A stretch of DNA of 48,547 bases, the filler included, from Sphacelaria rigidula (Eukaryota), in NCBI GenBank assembly GCA_964200075.2. It is 3 parts of 3 records of this genome, joined end to end, with 100 filler letters (N's around TTAATTAATTAA, not from the genome) between each part and the next. Parts side by side here need not be neighbours in the genome. Positions count along the whole stretch, not along the records: positions 1 to 16,116 come from CAXNAA020001480.1; 2 more parts are not named here. One strand, written 5' to 3'. The translations under genes were made by a program, and so were the position numbers. Positions 1 through 10,617 of the stretch are shown here, one piece after another. The notes under the pieces were generated by a model. The model saw only the letters and a program-made list of their open reading frames with translations. It was not told the DNA's origin and did no database searches. Position 1 is the first letter of the stretch. Every line of letters starts with the position of its first letter.

Positions 1-70
1 GGGCAATCCGGCAGGAGAAATCGTGAATTTGGTGATTTTGAGTCGTGATGATTTGTCCTAACCGTGATAT
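1..70. repeat. Terminal fragment of the 16612-16825 element
   Basis: Near-identical to ~16753-16820. Confidence 0.65.
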
Positions 71-539
71 GTTTCATTTTTCGTTGGCGAATAGTTGAGC
101 ATATTATTTTATTGTGAATCTCGGTCCGATTTGATTCTTCTGTAGAATATCTTTTTCGAATTATCCGACAAGGAATTACCATGTAATATATGTTTGTGAT
201 GTTTTGAGACTCCATTTTTTAACTTCTCGCATTCCCATGGAAAATTACCCCGAGACAATTGAAAATTCAGTGCATACAGCGGTGCTGCATACAAACATGA
301 CTAATCGGTAAAAGCGAGGCGTTTGTTAGGACAACTGGTGAGCGCTCCCTTGGCGTCCTTCCTGACAGCGTGCGTTACACAAGAAGGTCCTCTGAAGTGC
401 AAATCAAGGGTACCGTTATGCTGCTGTCATTCGGAACACGGCTTTGTCATTTTCCATTGGATTAGCTTGGCTCCCCTGCAAAACCGAGGTCAGCAATGTG
501 ACCTTTACTCCCCGTTTGTGTGAGGTGACTAGGTGTGAT

Positions 540-960
540 TTGCTTTTGTAGTGGACGAGGTATAAAAACATCAGTGCGAAGTCCTTCATGATGGAAGTCA
601 GATGCTACGTGACCAAGAAGCAGCGTTGACCAAGAAGAGCTTCAAGGGATGATGTCATCACTAGCAACTGTGCATCATTGCAAACTGCGCCTTTTGAGCA
701 CGATGTCGCGAGATCCAAACTCCAGCATACGAAAATATGCTCATGCTGTGTTGCTTTCGGAAACAGATTCCGTTCATCGTGTATGGAGAAAGTGAAGCAC
801 CGTCGGTAACATTGGCTTGGCTTTTGCCACCAAACACCGAAATGGTCATTCGATTCTTGAGGCTGCATACGGTGGCATACCGAGTATCACGATTGGGACT
901 GAAAACAACGCATACGTTGTAAGCTCTGGAAGCATGCGGTATCCGGAAAATCCCTAACCC
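540..960 (+). mobile_element. Decayed RTE-like LINE fragment (region after the RT domain)
   Basis: LATVHHCKLRLL...KYAHAVLLSETDSVHRVWRK* resembles RTE-type LR.VHH..LLR..SYADAL.KT..ES.E.T.RKRR. Confidence 0.45.
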
Positions 961-1270
961 TTGTGCAGTACCCCCAATGCCGCCCTTGCCCAACTGCCAA
1001 CGCCACCCCTGCTTTGACGGGACAACCAGATTCCCAGGAGCTACGGCAGGTTGTGTGTGCTGCTCGGGCAAGCCAAATTGTCGGCCCTTTCCCTACTGTA
1101 CTGACTAGTGTGTCGCAAAACTAGGAATCGCTACAGTATGGCGTGGACGACTTGAGCAGTGATGAAATCTGCTTGTAGCTGTGTCTACCCTTTGAGAGCC
1201 CCGTTCGCCCCCAGCTCCCTCTCAATGTATTACTCTTGCTCTCGCCGTGTGTCTTGTCCTCACGTTTCAG

Positions 1271-1367
1271 GCTAAATGCGACGCCTAGGGCTGAGTCGGA
1301 GGACAACGGCAATAGCAGGGCTCTTGGAAGCCACTCGTGTTTTGGAGATACCAAACAAGGATATGCG
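1271..1367 (+). CDS. GT8-like gene, exon A
   Basis: Pyrimidine-rich tract and tttcag acceptor; GCG|gtgagt donor; open frame ending KQGYA. Confidence 0.65.
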
Positions 1368-4300
1368 GTGAGTTGAATTGAACAGATCCGCTGCGCAGTC
1401 ATCCGTGGTGAAAACAGAACAAGAGTACTGAATTGTGGTTAAAACTCGAAATCAGGTCTTGAACCCGAGAGAAAAAAGCAAACAGAAAATACTGTGTTCG
1501 CTGGACTCAGGACTAGCACATCCCAACTAAAAATCCCTACACGCAAATACCAGTACTTCAGGCAGGAGGACCTCTTGAGTGCGGCCGAGGAAGCCAGTAC
1601 CGACTTTCCCACCCAGAGTCTGCACTACTTTCGGACATCCACTCTCGGCGGCCACATATGCAGTGAGTAGATCGCTCTTGACACACGGAAGGCGCGAACA
1701 GAAATGACGTGAAGGACGAGCGTCGAGGATGGGGGGTGGCGGTGATGAACGAGAGAGTACATGGCTGACAGAACGAAACAATACATGAACAGGCGAGGAT
1801 ACTATATGTCGGCGCTGGAGCTTACAAGCTGGGGATAGTAAGCGAGAACCAATGACAAAAGACAGGGAGTACAGTGGTCACCTGCCACCGCTAGCGAAGT
1901 TTGTGATTTGTTTGTAGTCGATCCAGGAAGGCGTTTTCGCGTGCCACCGTTCGTCACAGTGAACGTTTGATCCCAAAGTTTGGGATCAGGAGATACTGGC
2001 ATCTGCTTCACATTCTGAAACAATAATATTTTCTGCCGTCAATATTGAACAGCACATGGCATTTGATGGAAGTTGGTGTTGTGAGCATGGGGAAGGTGCT
2101 CGCTGGATAATGAGCACAGCCACGTGAATCATTTTATGTCACCCGAACATGAGTGAGCCAATGTTCAGTAGCATGCAGCTCTGGAATATGAACGTTCGTC
2201 CAGTCAGTAACAGACGAGACGTTACGCGAGACAACGGAGGAAGCGATTGGAGTTATTTGACGGGGCAACAAGAAACTATTGATAATATTGTACGAGCTGG
2301 GCCAGCTGACAGTGGTGCTTGAAAGGGTTCGCATCCAGCGGTGCTAAATTTGATGAGTCCGGCGCTGAAGTTTTGACACGACATTGTTGTCCATTCGCGT
2401 AACATGTCTCGGGATGCCAAGAAAAAACTGAATGGAAAGTTGGAGCGATTCGGGGTTTCAGCTAAACTGGAAAAGTGTCATAACTCCGTGAAAAAAAACA
2501 AGAAAAGGCGGCATCCCGAGGAATGTGTACGCCTTGCGTGCAAGAGATGCTGACACGAATTCGGCCAAGAACTCCAAAAAATGGGTTCAGCCTGACCCGT
2601 GTTGTGTGACACCGCTGTGCCCGTGTAATCCAGGTGATACAGGAGACTCCAGTTATGAAGGTTACGAGTTCGGATCTCGATATATCGTCGTTTTTTCGTT
2701 CCGTTGTTAGGGTAATATATTCTGCAGTGCATTTTTCTCACTCTTCTTTTAAAGCGGTGGAGCGTGCGTAACCAGGTTGGTCTGCAGTTCACAGCGACAT
2801 GCTTCAATCGGGCTGATTCGGGAAACTTGAAAAGTTGTATGATGCGCGTTTGTACGTTTCACGGTTGGCCCGCCTCGTACAGGCTCGAGAACGTTGTGTA
2901 GGAAAGGTTATTCCGGAAACAGACTATTGAATGGTGGTACCGGGTCAGTCAAGAAGTCGCCAGATGAGTAGAGTAGGCGGTTGGATACGTGTTCTAGATG
3001 GACGGGGCATGCGGCAGTAGAGCTTTTCGAGAAAATTTGCCAAGCATGGGAAAATGAATCGTTGTTCGAAAAGGTAGTAGGGTTGGGTAGTGATGTGTGT
3101 TATGACCACCTTACATGATGTCACCCTTTTCCTCTTGTCTATCATATTCTCATTCTTCGCTCAGTACCTTCTTTCGCGAGACGCTGTGTTGGTTTCGGGA
3201 TCTGCTACATGGGACAAGTAATGACATGTGTTCGCTTGTGTTCGGACACGTGTGGTATTCACTCCTGAGACGAAGTCAGCGTAAAGCTGTCTGCGCCAAC
3301 CTCTGCAGTCACCTGTCAAGGAGAGTGAAACCGTCTCTACGACCACCATAAAACAGCCGATCATCGGAATTGAGGATGCAGCTTTTTATTGAGGATGAGA
3401 ACTCGGAGGATTATGATTTCCTTGTCCACACCAAACCTTCGAAATATGGTAACATTCCTTCACCTACTGATAGCTATTGACAACTGCTACACGCCCTACA
3501 AATTTGGGTTTCGATAACCAAAATGTTGGGATCCCAGATAAAGAAAAAATTGTGGAGAGTTCAGTTGATCCGATCGGATCGGCGAAATTCCCCCAAATTG
3601 GTTTTTCACGTAGGGCCCTAACATATCGGTTATCAGAATACAAATTTTTGTGACGTACAGTACGTTTCAACAGCTACCAGTAGGTGAAGGAGAGTAACCA
3701 TATTTCGAAGATTTGGTGTGATACAAATATTTTAATATGCCGGGTTCTCATCTCCTATGAGAGGCTCCATCCTCAATTTTGATTATCGACTGTTATATTC
3801 CTCAACAAACCAACATATGTTGCTGTTGCACGCGGATTGTTCCAGCATGATCTTGAGATGGGGTCGTGACTCGCAATCTCGTCCGGTGGTATTCACCTTC
3901 CACTTTCCCTGCTGTCCCATAATATATGAAAGATACATCAGAGTCACGCCGCCCACTTCAGCATTATGTCCGCCATAGTTGCTCGATCTGTCGAACTCGT
4001 TGTCACAAAGTGCAAGTAGCATACCATCCATACTCATGAACCAATAGGTTTTGCTCGTGACCCCCAAGTCATCTCTCCTCGTGGCTCCGGGAATTTGCTC
4101 GGTCGAACCTCGGGTTTTCGACTTCTTCCAGGAGGGTACTTCAAGTGCGCGTCAAAAAATGAACACACCTGGGCGCTTTCATAGCATGTTGGGCGAATAC
4201 GTATCGTCTCTCTTATCGCTTTCTATCGATGTTTGTTCTCAACACTGTCCATAGGTTGTGTTTACAGATGTCGATGATGTTCTCGTGCTCGACCGCGCTC

Positions 4301-7300
4301 GGGCACTGTGGAACTCTCTAATGGCGGTGGGAGCGCCGGCGTCCCAGGTTGTGGCAATCGTTCCGCGGCGAACGGGGTTGGCATTGGAGACTCCCTTGAG
4401 GGCCATCGGCTATCGGTGAGACACCATCTTCTTTTTGCCCCCCTTGACACGTGAAAATCATCACGTGGTAATATCGTAAGTCGTAAAACTCAACAGTTTG
4501 GCGGATGGTTCAATGTCAGGCTTCCTATCACCCCTCAGAGAACAAAGACGTGGTTGTATTCATAGCCTCAATAAAGCGTTAAACCGCGAACATGCTTGCT
4601 TTCAACCATAGGTCCGTGTCCATGGCTACCTAACGCGAGAACTCCGACTCGATTTCACCCCTTCGCAGCGCACAAACTAATGATCGGTGTGTGTGTTGTC
4701 GTCCCATTTATTTTGGGCACCAGTCTACACCCTTCGGTAGATGTGGGCGCATCAGCCGGGGTCACACAGGAGAAAGGTCAACACAGGAGCTTTTTCTTTT
4801 TTCTTTCTTTTGAATACCCCACCTTCCTTCTGCGGTGCTTGCCTTTATTTATATTTATTTATTTATTTTTCTCGCGAGAGGGGTCCAGCAGTCCCTTTCC
4901 CTCGTCAACCGTTAAGTCGAACTTTGTGTACCCGCGACACAGTCGCTCTCCACTGTTGAGCATGATGTGAGTCAAGATTCCAGATCACTCCGGGAATCGA
5001 GCCCCCCTACTCAACCATCAGAAGGTTACGAGGTCACAAACTGAGCCACCGGGGCGACTGGAGTGGTGATGGGTATATCTTGATCGCCGCCAAAACAGAT
5101 GCAAAGATTGCAAGGGTGGGGTGCACCAAATCGTCTTTTGCCCCATACTCGAGATCCCGCTGAAATGTTCGTCAGGAGCACCATAATAACAACGGCGGGA
5201 TCACCACACATGACTGTTGCGTACGAACCCAAGCTAGCCGGGCCTCACACTACACGTTCGGTGCACATTTTTTTCTCTAAGTTGCGCTTGAGGCAGATAT
5301 CACATCATAGGAGTAAACCGTTGGAGTTGTACTTTGTTTGGCTGCCTTCTTTTCGCGTGTACGCTTGTACAGTCAGTTGTGGACGTGGACTGTGTATGGA
5401 AGGTGAGTCCTGTACGCCCCCTTGTCCCGGTGTTCGTAAGGTTGTCCAACTCCTATCACGTTGCATTTGCGGCTCGGACGTATTCCTCTTGATCCTCTTG
5501 CACTGACTATCTCGGGGCCTATTTTAGGAGACTCCACAGAGCAGAAGATTTCTGCGTTTAATGTCAGCGCAGCGGTATTCCGATCATAGCTGACTGGGTG
5601 GAGGTCTCCACATAAGTGAAGTCCTTCGTTGATGTTTTAGCCATTATTTCCGAAACGCTATCGGACGTCAAGCGAGGAGTTGGTTTGAAAATACACATTT
5701 ATAGATGTGCGCAACATTTTGCATTGAACGGTTTTGATCCCTTGTCTATTGTCAATAATGAGGAGCAGAGACAAACTTCGGCCTCCTTCGTTCCATGCCA
5801 ACATTTTTTCCTCGATATTATCAGTTAATATTTACCCCTCACACACGTGTTATATTCCAATCGTTTTTACCATCGGTCATCCTCGCTGCGTGCTTCAGTT
5901 TGCTTCGAAGAAATTGGAGTGACGTGCGCAACGTCAAGCCTGAAGACTCGCGATATGTGTCATCATCCGCTAAAATATGGAGACGTTTGAAAGTTTCCAA
6001 CAGAAAAAAATGACCACCGGAACACTGTAAGGTCCCACATTTCACTTCGTCAGTTTTACCGCCCCGCCCGGATGGTGTAAATTAAACTGGCCCAACTGAC
6101 ACATTTTGGGAAGAAAGAACCCAGATTCGATTTCGGCTAGATATATTCCGTTTTGTCTTCGAGGTATCTGATTTCTGGCGTTAGAAGCCTGAGAACATGA
6201 GTAGCAAAAAGGGGTTCGAGCTGTTTTGCGGGAGTTGACACCGTACGGGAGTGCGGATCCAAGTCCCAAGTACAGAGTTTGGACCGGGGTAGAGCTGGCT
6301 TGATAGCCTTTGACCGCGAATTCGTCCCGAGAAAGGAAGGATTGAAAGTGCAACGAAAAAGAGCTGTCTCCAGTTCCCTAGTACAGCACGTTACACATGT
6401 TGTGTGAGATCCCTCAGAGGGTCACATTATACACCATTGAGTCCAAAAATGGTTAGGCTACGGACTGTACTGCACTGCACCATGTACGAGTGATGGTAAA
6501 AGTGACTTGCACGTAGGCAAGCATCTTGCTTCCCCGAGCATTACACGCGCACCGCGCACGCTCTGTTGTACACGTAGCTGTTTCTTATCCAACAATCAAG
6601 AGCCGCGGAGGGCTATGTTATGGTCATTATCCACACGCGGCGCCATAACCCGTGGCATCCGCCGATTTCGTCGTACATGGGGCATGTTTTGGTTTCATCA
6701 AACAAGAAATGGTCCTGGTGCTGGAAGGATACATCGCGTTTTGCATATAGCAGTTGTCATCTTAGATGGGAGATTTTTTTATGATTTTTTCGTAGTCGGA
6801 GATTTTCAGCGGTTGTTTCGCGTGCCACTGCTCATCCCAGCGAGCGGTTGATCCCAACGTTTGGGAGTCGGAAGATGTCAGGCATGCTTTCCACATTCCG
6901 AGACAAAAGTCGTCGCTGTGCTCAAACATTGAAGGGCTGCCGAGCTGAATTGACAAAATGGATTATTGACCGTTTTTTATCCGAAACACATTTTGTTTTG
7001 GCTCTAGCGCAGTGAATACGTGAAAATAAAGAAGAGTAAGGACGCGTAAAATCACTCGTAAGAGTGATCGGAACTGGTTCACTCACCCCCTCCTGTGCTA
7101 TGCAGAACTCGGTTGGGAAATTTTCGTTTTTGAGTACTTTCCTGAATTTCCCGTGTAGTATCTTTCCTCGGCGCTGAAAACCCCAGCGTCGATAGGTATT
7201 GAGAAGAGAAGCAGGTCATGCTCAGAAAGTAATCCTCAATTGGTGTTGTCGAGGTGATACAGAGTAAAGTTCATCAGGGGGGTGTATCGGCCGTCACTGG

Positions 7301-9736
7301 TCCAGAAAACCCAGCTTTTCGTCTCTAGCGCAGTGAAAAGGTAGAAGGATGAGAAACAAATATTTTCAGTTCATTTACGAAAACGATTGGGATTGCTTCA
7401 ATAAAGCAAAAATACTCAAGGGCCAGAAGCTGGGGCTGGGTAGTGTCAGCGCCCCCAAAAATCGTTCAGCCCGTAAGTCGTTCAATAATGAGCGCAGGTG
7501 TGATCTGTGGAACGCTGGGGGGATGCCTAGTATTTTTTGATCTCCAAAATTGATATCAAACGTTCACTGGGATGAGCGGTGACACGCGAAAACAATTGCA
7601 AATATCGCCGACGACGAAAAAATTACGAAAATCTCCTACTTGAGGTGAAAACTACTGTATCCATTCCCGCTCACTGCAAAGGAACTAAGGTTGTGACGTC
7701 GAGTACGGCATTTAAAGACTCTACCTCTATGTGCACGCAAAAGCTCTTGGTTAAGCCGTCTTTTGGGTCGTCCGTGCAGAGCTAGAGGAGCCGTCGATGG
7801 CATGATATGAACAATCATGTCTTTGAAGATAAAGGAGAATCGATGTAAACTTGTAGATGGCCCAGCTCACCGCTACAGCAGATAGGATGGCGGCTCAATG
7901 CAGCAAGGTACCACCAAGGGCACATCGTAGTGTTACCTGTGTCCATTGCTGCTGTGCAGTCCATGTTAGGCGCCATGCGTGTTGGTGATGATGGGTGTAG
8001 GGTCTGAGGAGACTGCTGAGTGATGGAGCACAGCTGACCCTGTTGTGCTCGTGTCTGTCCGTACTGTCGGTCGCTGCAAAGGAGTAATCTACCTAGCCCA
8101 CTGTTTCCAGTTTGATACCGTCCTAATCGAAATACTTGTCAGCGCAGTGCTAGCAAGTGCAAATTTCTGGCTGATCAGACCGTTTGGAAAGATTTTTTTT
8201 TGTTTCTCCAGCTGGATGGATTGTCCGTGTGTTGTGTAAAGAGCAAACCGGTATCCCAACCTGTGCAGTTCGTAGGAGTCTTATTTGCACTCACAAATGT
8301 GACTCTAGCCGAAGATACCGGCTTCCAAATCTACTTTGTTTGCTCACTCCGAATGCGATATCTTCTAACCCGGTTCGGCTACCCCTTGTGGTCAGAATGC
8401 GCGAAAGTAAGACGGTAGTGCCAATGACCATGTAGTCATGGCTCGAGGCCTGTTCACCCTAACAAGACATCATCTTGAAAAAAGAGTTGAACACTGAAAT
8501 GGGTATCGACTTCAGGAGAGCGCTGTCCCTGACCTAAAGTCATGACACGTGACGTTGGTATGAATTACCTCATGCCCCTCAACCTCCTTCATACCAGTTC
8601 TGGGGGTTTCCCGCTCTGGTTTTCCCCAAAGGGTGTGTGCGAAAGCCCGTCTTTGCCTCTACTTTCGGGGGATCGGAAGACGGGAAGCCACCAAAGTAGT
8701 TTCAGGGAGGTCAGGAGGCATGAGGTCGTCCGTACAGGATGAAGAGTGTTTTGTTACTGTGTTGGGTCAAAAGAAGCATCGTTTTGGAGTGGACACTCAC
8801 TTTAATGTTCAACCTCATTTTCGAAGATGATCTGTTGAACGTTGGTATGGTGACTGCAACAATGTAGGTTCAGATGCTTCAGATCGCGGTCGTATGAGGG
8901 CCACATTAAAAAGCAAGGACTGTATGAGACCACTGGGTATTTCGACACGATAGTCAGGCAGTTGCCAGCTGGATTCGTCACGTGGCAGTTTTTGAGGTTG
9001 TTGTTGTGGCGTAGACTAAACAACCCCGTCGAATGTGGCTTGTATACCATGTAGTCGCCTGTTACCAAGCATGAAGGTTATTCACCTTCACGTCGAACGA
9101 AGGTATATGATTGTCAATATCTCACTACACTCGAGACACTCCGTCCGAAGCTTTGATTGAATGCCTGTAGATATAAGTTGAGGCTGACACCCAACAGCGA
9201 GATGAAGCGCCGTCGCGAAGTACAGACGTTCCCGAATATGAAGCTTGTACTGTTGGCAAATACCCCCCGTGCCCCGATGGTGCAATATAATAGTCCGATT
9301 GTCGCCATTAGGGTGGAGATAATCTTTTCTTCCATGTATCCAATTTCCACCGTCGAAAGCATAAGCACGCGAAGAAACAAAACGTACTTGACGGAATTTG
9401 CTTGACAGTTGACGCGGTGCTGGAGTGCTGACCCAATCCACGAGTTCATAATGCAAGGCGCGTACCGGGGAGACATGGGTTGGTCCCTCGAGACCACGGA
9501 CACGTCTCGAGGAAAGGGAGGATGTGACAGAGAAAACAAAGCTGTAGTGCGCACTTGTTATCGCATGCCACGTTGTGCACGGCAGGGTCATCGCGACAGA
9601 TGGTCCCGCTCCGGTCTCGAGGACGAGTGGGCGTTTCGTGCAGCAAGCCTTGGCTGCGAAGCGGGGGCGGAATTTGCTGGCCCTAGAAGCGCTGCTGCTG
9701 CACGACTACGACGAGGTTCTTGTTCTGGACCAGAAG
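1271..9736 (+). CDS. GT8 (glycogenin-like glycosyltransferase family 8) gene, partial; join(1271..1367,4255..4415,9586..9736)
   Basis: Three AG/GT-bounded exons splice in frame (phases 2/0, 0/2, 2/0) to LNATPRAESEDNGNSRALGSHSCFGDTKQGYA|VVFTDVDDVLVLDRARALWNSLMAVGAPASQVVAIVPRRTGLALETPLRAIGYR|VIATDGPAPVSRTSGRFVQQALAAKRGRNLLALEALLLHDYDEVLVLDQK. This follows the GT8 N-terminal pattern (AY.., A..L..SL, V.IV, L...GY, L..YD.V..LD). The 5' and 3' exons were not identified with confidence. Confidence 0.65.
1895..2050. mobile_element. Solo TIR fragment of the long-TIR element
   Basis: ttcgcgtgccaccg...gtgaacgtttgatcccaaag...ggagatactggcatctgcttcacattc matches the TIR. Confidence 0.7.
2340..3110 (+). 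mobile_element. Decayed RTE-like LINE RT fragment
   Basis: KLERFGVSAKL (cf. VLARFGVP.K) and KWVQPDPCCVTPL (cf. WF.V.QG..QGCVL.PL), with stops and frameshifts. Confidence 0.4.
3427..3720. mobile_element. Fully palindromic foldback/MITE (294 bp)
   Basis: CACACCAAA...TTTGGTGTG ends; arms pair imperfectly all the way to the central palindrome GATCCGATCGGATC (3567-3580), which lies at the exact midpoint. Confidence 0.75.
3783..4070 (-). mobile_element. Decayed retrotransposon RT fragment
   Basis: MDGMLLALCDNEFDRS...GKWKVNTT weakly resembles RTE WGMLYADD...SRS...GLTVS; clade uncertain. Confidence 0.25.
4255..4415 (+). CDS. GT8-like gene, exon B
   Basis: ccatag acceptor after a pyrimidine tract; CG|gtgaga donor; VVFTDVDDVLVLDRARALWNSL...LRAIGYR. 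Confidence 0.7.
4687..5060 (-). mobile_element. tRNA-derived SINE, full length (family A)
   Basis: On the - strand: A-box TGGCTCAGTTTG (5048-5037), B-box-like GGCTCGATTCCC (5003-4992), body shared with three other copies, (AC)n tail. Confidence 0.75.
5400..6000 (-). mobile_element. Decayed RTE-like LINE RT fragment
   Basis: STKDFTYVE resembles QT..F.YLG; no intact ORF. Confidence 0.25.
6748..7657. mobile_element. Non-autonomous Tc1/mariner-type element with about 200-bp TIRs, copy 1
   Basis: Left arm (6748-~6955) is an imperfect reverse complement of the right arm (~7455-7657); right end reads CAGTAGTTTTCA on the - strand; TA on both flanks; no transposase ORF. Confidence 0.75.
8567..8726. 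repeat. About 160-bp imperfect palindrome (small MITE-like hairpin)
   Basis: acctcatgcccctcaacctcc... pairs with ...ggaggtcaggaggcatgaggt; inner arms ttcccg/cgggaa and cccaaag/ctttcggg. Confidence 0.6.
9405..9540. repeat. Dispersed repeat family F, copy 1
   Basis: aatccacgag..aatgcaaggcgcgtaccgg..gagaccacggacacgtctcgagga is similar to 23316-23470. Confidence 0.65.
9586..9736 (+). CDS. GT8-like gene, exon C (DxD region reads LDQK)
   Basis: ggcag acceptor, phase matches exon B; AAG|gtagtc putative donor; ...LLALEALLLHDYDEVLVLDQK. Confidence 0.65.
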
Positions 9737-9747
9737 GTAGTCTTTCC

Positions 9748-10617
9748 TAGAGTTTTAGTTCGTAGACCTTTCGGCGTCTCGAAGCTTCGAGTTCAATTGA
9801 AGTCGTGATTCGAATTAATTAGCGATTTACGGATATTCACGAATCTTCGAATCATTCGAATTATTCGTAATATCGCGAGTCATAAATATATTCGGGATTC
9901 GCAGCAATAAGCAAATATAGACGATTGGTCGGCACCTTAACCGTTCGCATTGAGTCAGTTTCGCTGAGATATACAATTCATTGTCAACATAAACGACAGC
10001 GGATCGCCGGGACACGTGACGGTCGATCGCTCAGCTTCACGTTCTCTCTCAGCTATATATTGCTCATTATTTTGTAATTTCATGATTTCTATTTCATGTA
10101 ATCAAAAGTAGAAATCACAATAAAATTACAAATATAAATGACCAGCCAGCCTTGACGCCCGACAAAGAGAAAATCCGGCAAAGCTCTGCAACGCCGCAAT
10201 GCATTTGTCATGCACTTGTTGTGGGGTTATGTACGACGTCATCCTCCCAGTCTGAGTCATGGTTGTCATCTGCATCGACAACTTGTGCGGTGGTTTCCCC
10301 TGCAGCTGCAGCCATGAGCCCAGGACCTACGGTTCCCATCTACTGTAGTACCGGTAGGGATATCGTGTATCGTGTATTGTCGGTTATCTGTGCTCTACAG
10401 CGTGTGTAGGGTGCTGGGGCTAGTACGGGACCCTGTGGCAGCGGCTGTAGCGGGGAAAAACATTATATTACGCCGCACGGGATTCGAATATTCGCCTCAA
10501 ATTCAGGGTTCAAATAATTCGACGGAAAAATTGTGGCTCGGAACCGGACTACGTATATTCATCGATTCGAATAAAAAATTGAATTAACGGATAATCATTC
10601 GAACTTTTACATCTCTA
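9748..10617. mobile_element. Non-autonomous hAT-type element
   Basis: TAGAG...CTCTA ends; imperfect 8-bp TSD GTCTTTCC (9740-9747) / GTCTTCAC (10618-10625); many subterminal ATTCGAA/TTCGAAT motifs at both ends. Confidence 0.65.

Noticed and set aside
1557..1677. Ankyrin-like peptide YVAAESGCPKVVQTL on the - strand
   Set aside because: A single partial repeat with no partner exons; too short to support.
9748..10617. Recurring TTCGAA motifs as a CRISPR-like array
   Set aside because: Short, irregularly spaced subterminal transposon repeats with no repeat-spacer period.
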